Program-made: the position numbers and the translations under genes | The notes under the pieces: generated by a model | The model's input: only the letters and a program-made list of their open reading frames with translations | Databases searched by the model: none | Told to the model about the DNA's origin: nothing | Shown here: in pieces, positions 13,328 through 28,875 of the stretch | How the letters are laid out: each line of letters begins with the position of its first letter | How positions within the stretch are numbered: the stretch's first letter is position 1 | NCBI GenBank assembly: GCA_964016885.1 | Contig: OZ024742.1 | Span: 183,644,001 to 183,708,000 of the forward strand | Direction: 5' to 3' | Origin: Eledone cirrhosa | Lineage: Eukaryota | DNA length: 64,000 nt

Positions 13328-13979
13328 AAAGTTGATGGTTATTTATATTTGTTAATTTTATAAGTACATCATAAGCTTTACATACCGAAAATGTTGACAT
13401 TCTTATAGGTAATTTTCGTTAAAGATTACATTTAGGAAAATATTCAACAGTGTAAATTTTCCTTTCGCTGGCCAAGTTAAATCCTTTAAATTTTGTCTTC
13501 ATAACATTCAGAATTTTAGAAATGTTAACACATTTATAGAATTTATAAAATTAATAAATATAAATAACCATCAACTTAAAAAAAAACTTAAAATTTTGAT
13601 TCTTCACCCTTAAAATAACATAAATTAAATATTTTGAAACTTAACCGTTTAGCCTGTAAGGAAAAAAAAAATTTTCTGCATATATTACTCCCCTTAATCT
13701 CTCACTCTCTTTAAATCTTCTATCAGTTGCGTTCATAAACAGTTATAATTCAAGAGACGTTTTCCTAGATAACCATAACTTGTAATATCCCACATTTTAA
13801 AATCTCTATAGCTGTCACATTAAGCAACGTTTTTCTTACTCATACATCCTCTATTGAATTTATTACGTTTTCGCATTTTCTCATTATTAGGGTATAAATG
13901 TTGAGTTTTCTCTTAGGTTAATCACTACATTGATTAAATCTTAACCATTTAACATCTCAGGGTATGTCATGTTCACTAT

Positions 13980-14032
13980 ATTTTGTCTGATGAGGACGTA
14001 CTGTTGTACCGCTGAAATATGTATAATAAAAT
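13980..14032 (+). ncRNA. Type-I hammerhead ribozyme motif in the Penelope 1 5' repeat
   Basis: attttgt-CTGATGA-ggacgtac tgtt gtaccgct-GAAA-tatgta-TA^ataaaat. Stem I attttgt/ataaaat; self-complementary stem III. Confidence 0.75.
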
Positions 14033-16711
14033 TTAATTGATCAAAAGAACATGTATTTTATTAATATTTGTATTTTAATATTAATAACTCTGGAAAATTA
14101 TATATATGTAGAGTGCTTCCAATCTACTGTAAAACTCATTCTTTGATGTACTCATTGAATCTTGTTTAACTCTTTAATATATATAGCTCCCAACTGGTTG
14201 AGCGCTTTTCTATACAATAGATTGTATATTCAATAAATATGGATTTCTTAAACTTCCCGACTTCCCTCAAGGATATATCCATACCTTCAAATGAAGAATA
14301 CACGAGGAAAATTATCGAACAGACAAACTCTTTTATTAGAAGAATGAGATGGCGAACATTTCATTTCGAAAATAAAGTTGCTGCAAGAAAAACCATCAAC
14401 AATCATTTTGAATCTTTATTTAAATCAAGAAAGAATCCTCCATACAACAAACTCCTGGAGGACTTTGAGACCTAAATGCTCGGTATAATTAAAACAATTA
14501 AATTTCGGAAAAATCCATATATAGGTCACCAATACCTTAGAACTCTAAAAGAAAAAAATCATGGAAATAAAAAAGTTAATAAAATATTGGTTAAATCGGA
14601 CAAAACTAATAATTTATATGGGATAAACAAACATGAATATAACAACTTGATTTTAAAGGAACTTAGGAACAATATAAAAAAGCCCCGGCTGATGATCTTA
14701 CTGAAATTAACGAAGATGCCTATAAATTAATTACCAATTTAGGAATAAAAGTAAGAACCGAGCCATTTATACCTAGGCAGCCGCGGATTAACTTAAAGGA
14801 TCACAAAAGAAACTTCGAGGAAGATATGCCAGTTAGATTGATTGCTCCATCCAAATCGGATATTGGAGTAATCAGTAAAAACATCATCGATAGAATCTTA
14901 CCCACTCTTAAATTGAGATCTAATTTGAGCTTGTGGAAAGATACGAATGAAGTTATGACTTCATTCGTATCTTTCCACAATGGTACTGGAATATAGATGA
15001 TAAGAAAAACCATAAATTCACCCAGATGGACATAACAAGCTACTATTCTTCCATAACACCTAACCTTCTAAATAAGGCTCATTCATATGCTTATAAGCAT
15101 ACTGATCTAACCACGAATGAAATTGATATCATACTAACAGCCAGAAGAACTCTTATTAACTTCAACAATGAATATTGGACCCGCTCAGATAGAGATAGAA
15201 ACTTTGATGGGGGCATCCGATTCTGCGCAAATCACAGATCTTCTGGGAGTTTTCATATTAAATATGATAAATAGAAAACTGCCGGAGATTACCGGTGGTT
15301 TATATAGGGACGATATTTTATTTACGGTGGTCAAACACAACAATATAGAACTAAATAGAGTAAAGAAAAGTATAATAGAATTCTTTAAAATGTATGACCT
15401 TAAGTTAGAAGTAGAAAATGGTACCAAAATAGTTAATTTCCTAGACGTTACGTATAACTTAAACACTGGATTTTATTACCCTTTTCAAAAGCCCAATGAA
15501 AACTATGTTAGTAACCATCCCAATCACCCTAAATCTGTAAAAGAAAGCTATAGTAAATAGTGTGATCAGTTTTTACGGTGAATTTATAAACCAAACTACT
15601 ATCTATAAAACGAATTTATAAAATATCAGCCAATAAAGCTATATTTGATGAAAATCCTGAATACTACAACAACGCGTTAAAAAGAGCAGGATATGTGAAT
15701 AATATAGAATATGTAGATAATAATAATCCAAGTCTTAATCCCGATAAAAAAAACAAACATATATAAACGAAACTCTAATAATTATAATTCAAACACCCAT
15801 ATGCCAAACAAATTGAGGAAAAGAACTAGAACTAAATCAGTCATATGGTTCGCCCCCCTCCCCCCTGCTTCGGTTGCAGTTAGAACACCAATTGCAAAAT
15901 TATTCTTTAATGCTCTGGACACCTCTTTCCCTACTCAAAATAAATACCATTCCATTTTTAATAGACACACCATTAAATTGTCGTATTCTACAACTATGAA
16001 CATGGCCCAAAACATTGCTAAATTAAACACTAAAATTCTAAAACAGAACCAGCATAATGATCTTAATAATAGCGTTAACATAAATTATACTAAACCAAAA
16101 TGTAATTGTAGAAATAAAACTGACTGCCCTCTGCAAAATAGATAGTAATTTGGTTTATAAATTCACCGTAAAAACTGATCACAACACATCCAACTACATA
16201 GGATCGACTTCTTCTACATTTAAAGCCAGATTTGCGAACCATAAATGCTCATTTTCGAACTCCAAGAGGAAATCAACCACTTCTTTATCACAGTTCATAT
16301 GGTCATTAAAAGAGAGGAATTTAAAATACTCCATTCTTTGGACGAAGCTTCGGAATTGTGGAGTTTACCGCAACTCAAGTATATCAAGTAACTGCGCGCT
16401 CTGTACAATGGAGACCCTGTTGATTATTAATAACTATGAGACCCTAATTAACAAACAAGTGAATTCTTCTCTAATTGCCTTCATAAAGCTACGTCTACAT
16501 TCCTAGCCTCCCATAAGACCAGAAAAAACACTAAGCCATTAAACTTGGTTTTTAGACGTAAATAATCAACAGGTGAAAACCTTAATGGCCTTTAATATTG
16601 CTTTATCTTATAACTATCTATAGAAGGAATAACGCTCGAATTAATGACACTTGTTCAATAACACGCTGACACGTTGATATACATAACATAATATTATTAA
16701 CTTTGATCCAT

Positions 16712-16803
16712 GTTAACTTTGCCTTTCATCCTTACGGGGTCGATAAAATAAAGTACCAGTAATGCACTGGGTCATTGCTGGCCTTGTGCCTAAAATAGAA
16801 ACA
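16712..16803 (+). mobile_element. SINE family A 3' fragment inserted in Penelope 1, with 19-bp TSD
   Basis: TSD attattaactttgatccat at 16693-16711 and 16804-16822. Confidence 0.9.
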
Positions 16804-17677
16804 ATTATTAACTTTGATCCATACCATTATTTCTCTATCTTTATTTTCCTATCTAAGTTTTAATTTTAGTTTAAATATCCAACCTGTAAATTTTTACGGA
16901 ACTTATTTTTAACTGTGAATCATTCATGTGTTTACACTCTTTTATTTATAATATGTATGTACTTATCTTTTGTAAGTTTTTAAATATACCTACTTTTATA
17001 TTTTTCTATCCATGATTTAAATATAGTGCAAATATCCAACCTGTAAATTTTTACGGACCTTATTTTGAACTGTGAATCATCCATGCGTTTACACTCTTTT
17101 TATATATATATGTATGTATTTAACTTTAGCATTTTAAAATCTATTATATAAGATTATAATCGTTATCATTTACCAAAAGTATACTGTCTCACTAATACTT
17201 AGTATATCTCTCTATACCTAATTTTTAGATAATTTTTAAATTTTTAGATTATTTATTTTGAACTGTGAATAATTCATGCCTTTACACTCTTTTATATATA
17301 TGTATGTATTTAACTTTAGCATGTTTGAATCTATTATTTTATTTTATATTCGTTATCATTTACCAAAAGTATACTGGCTCATTAATACTTAGTATATCTC
17401 GCTATACCTAATTTTTATTTTTGCAAATAAGTGTATCTGTATAATAACATAATCATATTATTAGTTACGTGTATCTCAGCTTTTGTTTTTTTTGCATATA
17501 TATCTATAGTGTATAATAACATAATTACCGTTTTGGTTTAACACTATATATAGTTTGTGCAAATATAGATATTTGAACAATAGCATATTTATTATTTAGA
17601 GTTTATTCCTCTCATGAAGGTAGAACTTATATAGAGATTTAATATAATATAACAAATATTAATTTATTACCATAATT

Positions 17678-17782
<105 letters not shown>

Positions 17783-18565
17783 TCGCTGAAAACTCTGCGT
17801 TAATCATTACACTAACTACTTGACAATTAATTTTTAGATATTTCTAACAAGAAGTACATCATAAGCTTTACATACCAAAAATGTTGACATTATTATAAGT
17901 AATTTTCGTTAAAGATTACATTTAGGAAAATATTCAACAGTGTAAATTTTCCTTTCGCTGGCCAAGTTAAATCCTTTAAATTTTGTCTTCATAAAATTCA
18001 GAATTTTAGAAATGTTAACACATTTATAGAATTTATAAAATTAATAAATATAAATAACCATCAACTTTAAAAAAAACTTAAAATTTTGATTCTTCACCCT
18101 TAAAATAACATAAATTAAATATTTTGAAACTTAACCGTTTAGCCTTTAAGGAAAAAAAAAAATTTCTGCATATATTACTCCCCTTTATCTCTCCCTCTCT
18201 TTAAATCTTCTATCAGTTTATCAGTTGCGTTCATAAACAGTTATAATTCAAGAGACGTTTTCCTAGATAACCATAACTTGTAGTATCCCACATTTTAAAA
18301 TCTCTATAGCTGTCACATTAAGCAACGTTTTTCTTACTCATACATCCTCTATTGAATTTATTACGTTTTCGCATTTTCTCATTATTAGGGTATAAATGGT
18401 TAATTTATTACGTTTTCGCATTTTCTCATTATTAGGGTATAAATGGTTAATTTATTACGTTTTCGCATTTTCTCATTATTAGGGTATAAATGGTTAATCT
18501 TAGGTTAATCACTACATTGATTAAATCTTAACATTTAACATCTCAGGGTATGTCATGTTCATTAT

Positions 18566-18618
18566 ATTTTGTCTGATGAGGACGTACTGTTGTACCTCTG
18601 AAATATGTATAATAAAAT
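18566..18618 (+). ncRNA. Type-I hammerhead ribozyme motif in the Penelope 1 3' repeat
   Basis: Same as 13980-14032 with a better stem II (ggacgtac/gtacctct). Confidence 0.78.
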
Positions 18619-18984
18619 TTAATTGATCAAATGAACATTATTTTATTAATATTTGTATTTTAATATATATATATATATATATATATCGTTCGGATCTAGC
18701 TGTTGAAACGGCCGGGGCTCAGCCGTCGGGATCCTGAATTTTTTCATATATATATATAACAAAGAAGGTGTGGTGAAATACCAGCTGGACCATAACCCAC
18801 CAGAGTACTCCATACTTAGGGTAGTAGAGTGGGTAATATGAAAAGAGTTAGGACTCCGACGGCTGAGCTCCGGCCGTTTCAACAGCTAGATCAGAACTCA
18901 GAGTTGGGATCTAGCTGTCGAAACGGCTGGAGCTCAGCCGTCGGAGTCTTAATTCTTTTCTTATATATATATATACTCATATTG

Positions 18985-19312
18985 AATTTAAAGCTAACTT
19001 AAGTTAATAACTTCAACGCACATTCCTGGTTATGAAAAATAGTTAATAGCTGCAAGGCACTATTTTGACTATGAAAAATAGTCTAAGTTGGGCATATAAG
19101 TCCCTGGGCGGAAAAACGTGCACCCTTACACCCAAGTCACCTTGGTGTGTTGGTAGCACAGCCTATGATGTACGTTAGGTGTGGTTTCAAGCCCCACGAG
19201 TGACGCTGTCCACTTTTTTCCATCCAGAGGCTTATATGCCTAACTTATTAGGGGGTTTTTCATAGTAAAAAAATATGCCTTGTAGCTATTAGCTTTAAGT
19301 TGGGTTTAAATG
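18985..19312. mobile_element. Fold-back / MITE-like element with long imperfect inverted arms
   Basis: aatagctgcaaggca...ctatgaaaaa...taagttgggcatataag pairs with cttatatgcctaactta...tttttcatag...tgccttgtagctatt. Confidence 0.65.
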
Positions 19313-19705
19313 AAAAATTCGCAAATAGACTATTTGATATATATCTATCTATAACTTTATAAAAAGGAAGTTTGTTTGTTTGTAGGTTGACCGCTTATCT
19401 CACTGAATGAAAATGATAATAATTAAGGGTTTTCGTGTGTTTTCAACTTATTTGACCTCCATCAAGCTTGCTGTCGACTTATATATCCGAAAATGGAATT
19501 GGGCGTGAGTTGTGGGACAATTTACTGCTATTTCTGGCACAGTGATACTGTCTGGTCGTCCATTATACTATCTATATATAGAAAGTGAAATACTACAGAT
19601 CTCACCCAAATCCACCCTCTCTCTTCCTATCTAACTAAAAATTTTCTGCATTTTTTCCGTTTGGTGTCGGCGGGTCTGACATCTGCCTATCTCTCTCTCT
19701 CTCTA

Positions 19706-19753
<48 letters not shown>

Positions 19754-19801
19754 CCTCTCCTTTTCACTACTTTTACTATCTATCTGTATATGTCTCTCCC
19801 T

Positions 19802-19841
<40 letters not shown>

Positions 19842-19906
19842 ACGGCTATTTCCAGAAAAAGCCGTCGAACCGGCTTGAGCTCTGCCGTCGGGGTCATACA
19901 TTTTCC

Positions 19907-19937
<31 letters not shown>

Positions 19938-19985
19938 ATGAAATGACAGGAGGCTGGATTTGTGTAAATCCTTGAAAGGTTTATT

Positions 19986-20043
19986 ATACTATGATCATTT
20001 CAATGACCGGGTTCCGTATGAATCCGGTGATATCATCAGGTAT
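19986..20043 (-). ncRNA. Type-I hammerhead ribozyme motif
   Basis: Minus strand: atac-CTGATGA-tatcaccgg...ccggtcatt-GAAA-tgatca-TA^gtat. Palindromic stem III ATGATCAT. Confidence 0.7.
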
Positions 20044-20146
20044 TCGAAATATAATACGTGAATGTAATAGATAAAATCCATGGGGCTGAAAATCGAGGAC
20101 CCGAGGGCGACCGCTATTCTGCTCCTTCGACCTCAGCCGGTCGCCC

Positions 20147-20284
<138 letters not shown>

Positions 20285-20959
20285 CGTATCACAAAATATA
20301 TATTGAAATAAATTATCTCAAACGATTTATACCATAAAAAGTTCAATGAACTTTAAGGGCTAAAATGAAAATGATCAGAGCAATATATATATATATGTAT
20401 AAATATGATAATAATGGAGCTGCGGCGCTGCAAATGGGTTACATATGAAAAAGTTTGTCCTCATCAGTGGCCATCCAACCGTCGTAGGCATTTCGTCGCA
20501 TTAAAGGCCATATACCTCAGGTTGGTGCAAGCAACGGCTAAAAAAAAGTCGTTGGGACACGTAAATAAAGGGGACGCTAGGGTAAACAAACAAAATGGTT
20601 TAAGCAGCAGAAAGTGATGAAGAAGGAAACAAGTCCCAGATTTCTATGAATATAAATTCGGTGGAATCGTGAACGAGAGAATAAAGACCATCAAACCTGG
20701 TTGAAATGTGAGCAAGGAAGGAATTTCGCACAGGTCTAACGGAAGGAAGAAGGGGTCTGGTCTGCGAATTCGGTAAACATAAGTTCTGTGAAGTTGCAGA
20801 CGAGAGAGAGAGAAAAAAATTCATACCGGCTTGGCCAAGTGCCCGCGAGAAAAGGATTACGGACAGGTCAGTAGACAGGTAAAACTCCAGTGTAACAAGA
20901 TTCATCACTTAGCCATAATAAAGAATAATATATCTAAAAAGTGTGAAGTCTGTCTTAAG

Positions 20960-21222
20960 CCAGAAGGCTCATTTGGTCGGCGCTTATCCCGGTTTCATGG
21001 CGTGAAGCGACTGAGAGAACAAGACTCCTCACTGGACAGGACGCCAGTCTATCTCAGGGTTAAGCCCCCCCCCCTCCCCAGTTATTGGTGGCACTCATTT
21101 ACAGCTGAGTATACTGGAGCAACGTGAAATGAAGTGTTTTGCTCAAGAACACAACACGCAACCCAGGAATCAAACCCACGACATTATGACCGTAAGTCCA
21201 ATACCCTACCACTAGGCCACGT
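20960..21222 (-). mobile_element. SINE family B-type copy
   Basis: Reverse complement gives cgtggcctagtggtaggg...gggtttgattcc...gtgttgtgttcttgagcaaaacacttcatttcacgttgctccagt. Confidence 0.7.
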
Positions 21223-21257
<35 letters not shown>

Positions 21258-21649
21258 TGAGAGAGAGGGGGATAATAAAATAGAGAGAAAGAGGGAGAGC
21301 GTGAGGAGGGAGAGAATCAGATATATCATATAATAAGTAAACATATTTTGTGAGTTTAAACGCTATCAGATTTCCTTTAAAATGTGAAGATTTCCTGGAG
21401 CAATAAATCAAATTTTTACTATCAGCGAGGAAACATTTGGAGAAAGTAATTACAAAATCATATGCCACTGTGAAAGTAATGTAACATTTAGCTGTGTGTC
21501 TCCTATAAACATTCTACTGATTATATGGAATCTTTATCCGGTAGCAAACTTATTTTGTTTGGATGTAATCCCTTTTTATACCAACCTAGCCAAAACTGGC
21601 ACTGGTTTTATGAAACTAAGCCACGTATTTTAGATGGCGGCGGCTGCAG

Positions 21650-22050
21650 TTTCTTCTTCTTCTTCTTCTTCTTCTTCGCCCACTTATTCCTTGGAGGCTC
21701 CTCAAATACTCCTTCCAGCGGGTCGTGTCAGAAGCAACCTTCTCTTAATTGATTCGGTTGGATCCCCAAGAGAAAGCAGCCGAGCTCATGAATGTTATCC
21801 AACCATCTTGCTCAGGGTCTACTCTTGGGTCTCCTGTCGGCTGGCTTTTGCCCGTAAAATCTGTCCAGTGATTCTTTCCTGAGACATTCTAACCACATGT
21901 CCATAATATCTTAATTCGGAGGAGTAGCGGCTCTACCTGTATTGACTCTCTGGTCTCCTAGATACGTACTCTATCAAGTATCGTTACTCCAAGGACCCTT
22001 CTGAGGAACCCCATTTCGACCGCTTGTATTCACGATCATATTCTTGGATA
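21650..22050 (-). mobile_element. LINE 3' remnant (RTE-like) with (GAA)n tail
   Basis: The (ttc)n run at 21650-21677 is the tail on the minus strand. Decayed reading upstream resembles an RT C-terminus (RIQAVEMGFLRR...LRYYGHVVRM). Confidence 0.6.
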
Positions 22051-22510
22051 ATGACCGAAAGAATACTTTAAAGGGCTTCTATATTAATTATAACTTAATT
22101 TTATAAGAATCATATGTTCAGTTTCATTCTTAATTAATAATTTGAGTAAATCCTCCAAAATTCTCCATTAATCATTTTGATATTAACCCAGCCAAAACCA
22201 CTCCTGGTCCTATAAAACAAAACCACCCATTTTAATAGGTCCCTAATTAAATTAAAATTTAACATAATTGTATATAAAACTCATATGTTAAGTTAGTATT
22301 TTATTAATGAAATAATTAATAATTTCAGTAAATCCCTAAAAAAAATGTTCGCCAATTAATTAAAATATAATCTATTTCATTAGAAATACGATCACGTTCA
22401 CGAAAAGGCTAAAATGGAAATAAGAAGAATGGGAGATATGAAAGGAAAAGCAGCAACAACAATAAACTGATAAAGATATGATAAATAAAGGTATGATAAA
22501 GAAGAATGTA

Positions 22511-24439
22511 CAGTCATATTTTTCATTTAATGACCGTGAGGGTGACCTTTTCGCGGGTCGGTCATTTAAAAAAAATGACTAAATTAAAACATTTCGAAGA
22601 TCAAAATAATTTTTTACTGAAAAATTGAAGAAACCTAATTTTTAAATGTCCTAATATAGTCCGTTATTAGCGGCCTTCTTTTTTTCTTGGTTCTCAGCAA
22701 GCTTTCACGCAGTTGACCAACAATTATCAGTGCATTGTTTTCATTTTTCAGAAAATATCTTTCAAGGTCCTCCAAATATGCCAAGGCGTCCGCATATCCA
22801 ATTGTGCCCTTGGGCGGATCTGTGATGCAAGACTCTTCTAGTTCTTCACATTCCATTGTATACTCATTGAGATTTTTCAAAAAATCATCATCAATATCAA
22901 TCCTCCTCAGTTGGGCAGTAGTTTAATTCAGCTTCTACTAGTGTTTCTTCTAGCGCGTATTTTCTATTATCATCTTGAAATTCCGGTTTTCTCACGGAGG
23001 ACTATTCGTTTTCATTCTTATCAATGGAGCAGCGCCAGTTATCAAACGCTTTCGTGAAACAGTTTTTTATTGTTTTTTTTATCACTGCACCCCACGATTC
23101 GATGCACAGTGGCAGAGAATCGACTATTTTGTACGCTTTTAATTGTATTTCATAGGATTTTTCTAAATTATCTTCCTCCATGCATAGATTCCTTGTGAGA
23201 ATTTTTTTGTATGATCGAATGACTCCCTGATCAAGGGGTTGTATTTTCGATGTTGTGTTTGCAGGGAGATAGTAAAGTTCAACATTTGAAAATTCTTTGT
23301 CGATACAGTGTACAGTTGCGTTGTCCAAAAGCAACAGAATTGTTCTATTGGAACTAATCATTTGATCATTTAATCCCTCCAACCAATCTAGAAAAATTGT
23401 AGTTGTCATCCAGGCCTTTTTACTGAATGTGTGTTCTACGTTCATGGTGTCGAAATTAAGGTCCTTGAAACCCCGTGGGCACTTGTACTTTCCTATAATC
23501 AGAGGTTTTAGTTTTTCACCCAACATGCTAGTGCAGAACAGAATGGTGAATCTTTCTTTGCAAAACTATCCACTTGCCTTGTCCTCGTCGCTGAGAATTA
23601 GTGTTCTGGTTGGAGGGCACTTAAAAAAACAGGCCCGTTTCATCACAGTTGAACACGTCTTCTGGCCGGTATTTTTTGTAAATTTTGCCGAATTCGTTCC
23701 AAGTTTCTCTCAAAATGATGGGGTCCACCAATCCTTCCTCTCCAGATATCAAACCGAATTTGATCCCTATTTTGATTTGAAGCGTGTGATCCACATAGAA
23801 GAAGCTTTGAAATCGTGTACACCCAATTTTTTGTTTATTTTAATCGCCATTATTGCCAAATGGTCATTGGTCATTGTGTGATTTGCCTTTCTTTTCTTTT
23901 GAACCCACTCATATAAAATTTTGTAGACATCGTCGTTTTTTTGCTCTTGAGAATGTTTTTTCGAGCATTTAATTCATCGTTTTGGGTCAAATATTTTTCT
24001 TTGATTTTCACAATTTTGTTGCAAGTTGGTCTTGGGTAACACTAGGATTTGCCAATTTGTAATCAATGACCTTCTTTTTCTGATCAATAGTAAACGTCTT
24101 TCGCTTTTTCTTGATGCTACTTGCTCTTGGGTACATGGTGTAATATTGTTTTGGGTTAGGAAACATGACAAGTTACACACAAGTTAAATATATGTCCAGC
24201 CACGTTTAGCTACTTTATTAAGACTCTCTAGAACGCTCAAACAGCTCCCTTTGTGAGCGGCCAGACAAGGGGAGGTAACTCTGGTTCAAACCACGACACA
24301 TGGGTATGTTCATTGCAATTTTTGTCAAAACGTGGTCATTAAAAAAATAGTCATTAACTCCGATCGCCTAGAATTAAATGGCTGGAAATCCGATTTATCG
24401 GTCATTAATTGAAAAAGTCATTAAATAAAAAAACGACTG
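22511..24439 (-). mobile_element. pogo/Tigger-like (Tc1-mariner superfamily) DNA transposon with a disrupted transposase
   Basis: Imperfect TIRs cagtcatatttttcatttaatgac / gtcattaaataaaaaaacgactg flanked by TA (22509-10, 24440-41). ORF 23002-23526 has DDE_1-type motifs KAWMT, LLLLDNATVH and LPANTTSKIQPLDQGVI. Confidence 0.9.
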
Positions 24440-24512
24440 TAACAAACAACTATGGCTCCGCTCTCCCATATAACCCACGCAGAGTGAATTTCGTTATATA
24501 TATGGTCAATAT

Positions 24513-24727
24513 GGCGGTGGATTGGGAATATCTGTAGAGCGCCGCACACCATCCTTCATAGGATATAGTTACGGCCCTTTACGTACTGATATTAAATCCC
24601 ACAGATGTCAGCTTTGCTTTTCATTTTTACGGAGTCGATAAAATACCAGTAACGCACTGGGGTCAATTTAATCGACTTTTCCCTCCTCCAAAATTGTTGG
24701 CCTTGTGCCTAAATCAGAAACCATTAT
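24513..24727 (+). mobile_element. SINE family A, diverged copy
   Basis: Head ggcggtggattgg, core and ggccttgtgcctaaatcagaaacc 3' end. Confidence 0.75.
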
Positions 24728-25029
24728 AAATATTGTAAAGAAAGGTTAATAGTAGAATAAGAAGTGAACCAGGTAAAGGTGAATCGTATGGTGGTGAAGC
24801 AAGTGACATGGTACTACATTCTCTATGTATTCGTTTCCCCCACAGGAATGTAAATAATCAAATTGATAAGTTGCCAAGTTCTACCTCATAATAAATGTCA
24901 TCAAAATGGTAGTTCGTTTTTATGTCTTTAGGTTATTTACATTTGCTCAGTGGGAAAATATTCTAAATATTCAGACAGTATTTTTGGATGAGTCTAATGA
25001 AAGCTAATTAGAATCAAAGCTTATGATGC

Positions 25030-25290
25030 TGCATGCTATGACATGTTTTCAGATACCAACGTCATAACTTCACCCACAAACCCAGACACCGCCACTCGTG
25101 ACGTAGAGGAGCAAAATATATCACAATACCAAGCTTTGACTGATCGTTTCCATTTTGTACCGGTTGCTGTTTTTCTCGGTAAGGTCGGCATGAGGGCATC
25201 TCGTCTGTGGACGGAGTTACGTCAGGCGAAATGGCTGATGCAGCTGATGTCGCTGGCTGTTCTCCGTGGCGATGTTTTCATCATTTTGAA
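25030..25290 (+). mobile_element. Remnant of an RLE-type (CRE-like) non-LTR retrotransposon C-terminus
   Basis: YQALTDRFHFVPVAV..LGKVG...QLMSLAVLRG resembles the KY...FVPxAVETLG...QRLSxAxxRGN tail of CRE-clade elements (recalled, not aligned). Confidence 0.5.
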
Positions 25291-25454
25291 TGTAATATGC
25301 TAAGGTGTTGAATTCTCCTCCCTCATTCCCCCACTTCTTCCTTTTTTTCTTTTCACTCTCTTCATGTTTGTAACTACATATATACTACTGTATACAAAAT
25401 TTTGACTCAATAAAATATTTCAGGTATTGTTTGGCAGTTTTTTCTGTACCTTTT

Positions 25455-25685
25455 CAAAAACTGGTTTTGTTTGAATAAACAGCATTTAAAGAATTAATTT
25501 ATCTTTTTAGTTACATTAGAAAACTGGTTTCGTTTAAATAAACAGCCGTTAAAGAATTATTTTATCTTTTAAGTTATATTAGGAAAACTGGTTTTGTTTG
25601 AATAAACAGAATTTAAACATTTTACCTATTTAGATATATTAGAAATAACTGGTTTTTATTTGAATAAACAACATTTAAACAGTTA
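25455..25685. repeat. ~60-bp tandem repeat, about 4 copies
   Basis: aactggttttgtttgaataaacag recurs at ~25460, 25523, 25586 and 25647. Confidence 0.75.
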
Positions 25686-27186
25686 CATAAGGAATAGAGA
25701 AAGACAAGAAATAAGATAAGATGAGATGGAGAGATGAACTGGATAAATATGACAAAAATTATGTATGAAGCACCAAATGTCGACAGTTTTGGCAAGATAA
25801 GGTAAACTTTGTCGTTACTTTGCAGTGACTCCCAAAAGGGTTCATTTAATTGGTTGAAATAATTACAAAACGTTAATATATTTAGCAAGATAGTGAATCG
25901 GTAGAGTCATTAGAACGTCGGAGTGAATGGTTTACGTTATTCGTTCGGTTCTCTGTTCGCTCTGAGTTCTAATCCTGCTGATGTCAACTTTACCTTTTAT
26001 CCTTTCGAGGTCTATAAAACAAACTTACTAGTCAAGTATTGTGACCGAGTTTTTTTCCTCTCTTCTTATCTCTTAAATCGGCCAAGTTTAGAGAGGATGG
26101 GCTTCGCCAGGTTTAAAGTACCCGAGAAACTCTGCATTCCCTGACGGTGACCCTACGCCTCCGCCAGAAATGATTTAACACAGTGTCATTTTCTTTAAGA
26201 ATATCACAGTTCTTAATTCATCAACTTACAAGAGTCCTAGTGAATACATTTTAAAATCACTTTCTTAGACAATTTTTATTATACAAATAGGAAAGAAAAG
26301 AAACCGATCATCAGATCGGATCAAGGAAACAATGCTTCCATTGGTTTTTCCATAGCTGGTACTATATGTCGGTTACAACTTCTACTTCTAGAAATGAAAG
26401 GAACTGATCGTCAGACCTGACTAAGGAGATAATATTTCCATTGGTCCTTCCATGGCTGATTACAACTCCTGACAGAAGGAACTATGTGAAATAAACATCT
26501 TGCCCAAGAAAACATGCTGCCAAATACTGGAATGGAACCCATGCCGTTATGATCGTGAACAATAGGCCACGTGCCTTAATAATAACATTATTACTAATTA
26601 TATAAAAAAGAAATTATATGTTCGCAGATTCATTTTGAAACAAAACAAAAATATAAGGTAAACGTTAGCATAAATCACGATTTTGAAAGCAATTAAGAAG
26701 TGGGAAAAATTTAGAGAGCAATATATATAACAAGTGAAAATTGATCAAAACCTTTATTCATCCACAATATTTTCTGTGTACGACGTACGTTCGGCACATA
26801 ATTATTTCAAGAATCGGCTAAAACTCACTGGTTAGCTACCAATTAACCAATCGTGTAAATAGTCCTTCAACGGAAACTAGCAATATTATTTCTGTTTTTA
26901 TTTACATTTAATATTTTATATTGATTAGGATAAAAATGTTTGGATCTTTTACAAAATCCCAGCAGTATTTAACTGGTGATAGGTTTCAAGCATAGACAAT
27001 TATACAAATATGCCGTAAGGTGTTTCCACTACTTTGGCTTCATCAGTGAATATCTACATTGGAATTAGGTTTGGTTTTCTATACATGTATTATACAGTTC
27101 ACATTAGGATATATAGGCATCTTTTTTTAACGTTTTGTTCGTGTGATTGCAATATATTTCTTTAAACGTATGTACGCATTAGTACA

Positions 27187-27247
<61 letters not shown>

Positions 27248-27321
27248 TATATATATATATATAATTATTATATGTATGTATATATATATATAATTATATG
27301 TATATATTCATATATATATAT

Positions 27322-27359
<38 letters not shown>

Positions 27360-27429
27360 TTATGTGTGTGTGCATGTATATTTATCCATATATATATATA
27401 TCATCATCATCTGGTCGAGCTTGTTCGGA

Positions 27430-27464
<35 letters not shown>

Positions 27465-27794
27465 ATATACGTTTATATGTACAAAGGAAACAAAAGAATA
27501 CTGAATACATTGTGTAGAGTTTGTACGTGTAGATGAAAAGATGTCAACACAAACGTCCATTACATCGAGCTTTATCATTACTCGAAGTTTTATATACACG
27601 TACAATCCGTGATTAATCGTTCAAGCCTCTATTCGTCACTGGGTACCAAGGTAACCGATGACTACGAAGAATCAACATTTCATGTCACATTCGGCTAAAA
27701 CTTCACTCATGACCAACATTTGAACGGTTAGACACATATTTGACGTGACTATGGAAAACTAAGTAACGAGCGATTGATTCTACAACTGTTCATC

Positions 27795-28822
<1,028 letters not shown>

Positions 28823-28875
28823 ACATATGCATACATATTTGGGGATATTCAGAGTTTTACATCAATGAATGTTTC

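Noticed and set aside
27010-27058. Minus-strand CTGATGA...GAAA motif
   Set aside because: Stems I and III do not pair convincingly; at most a decayed remnant.
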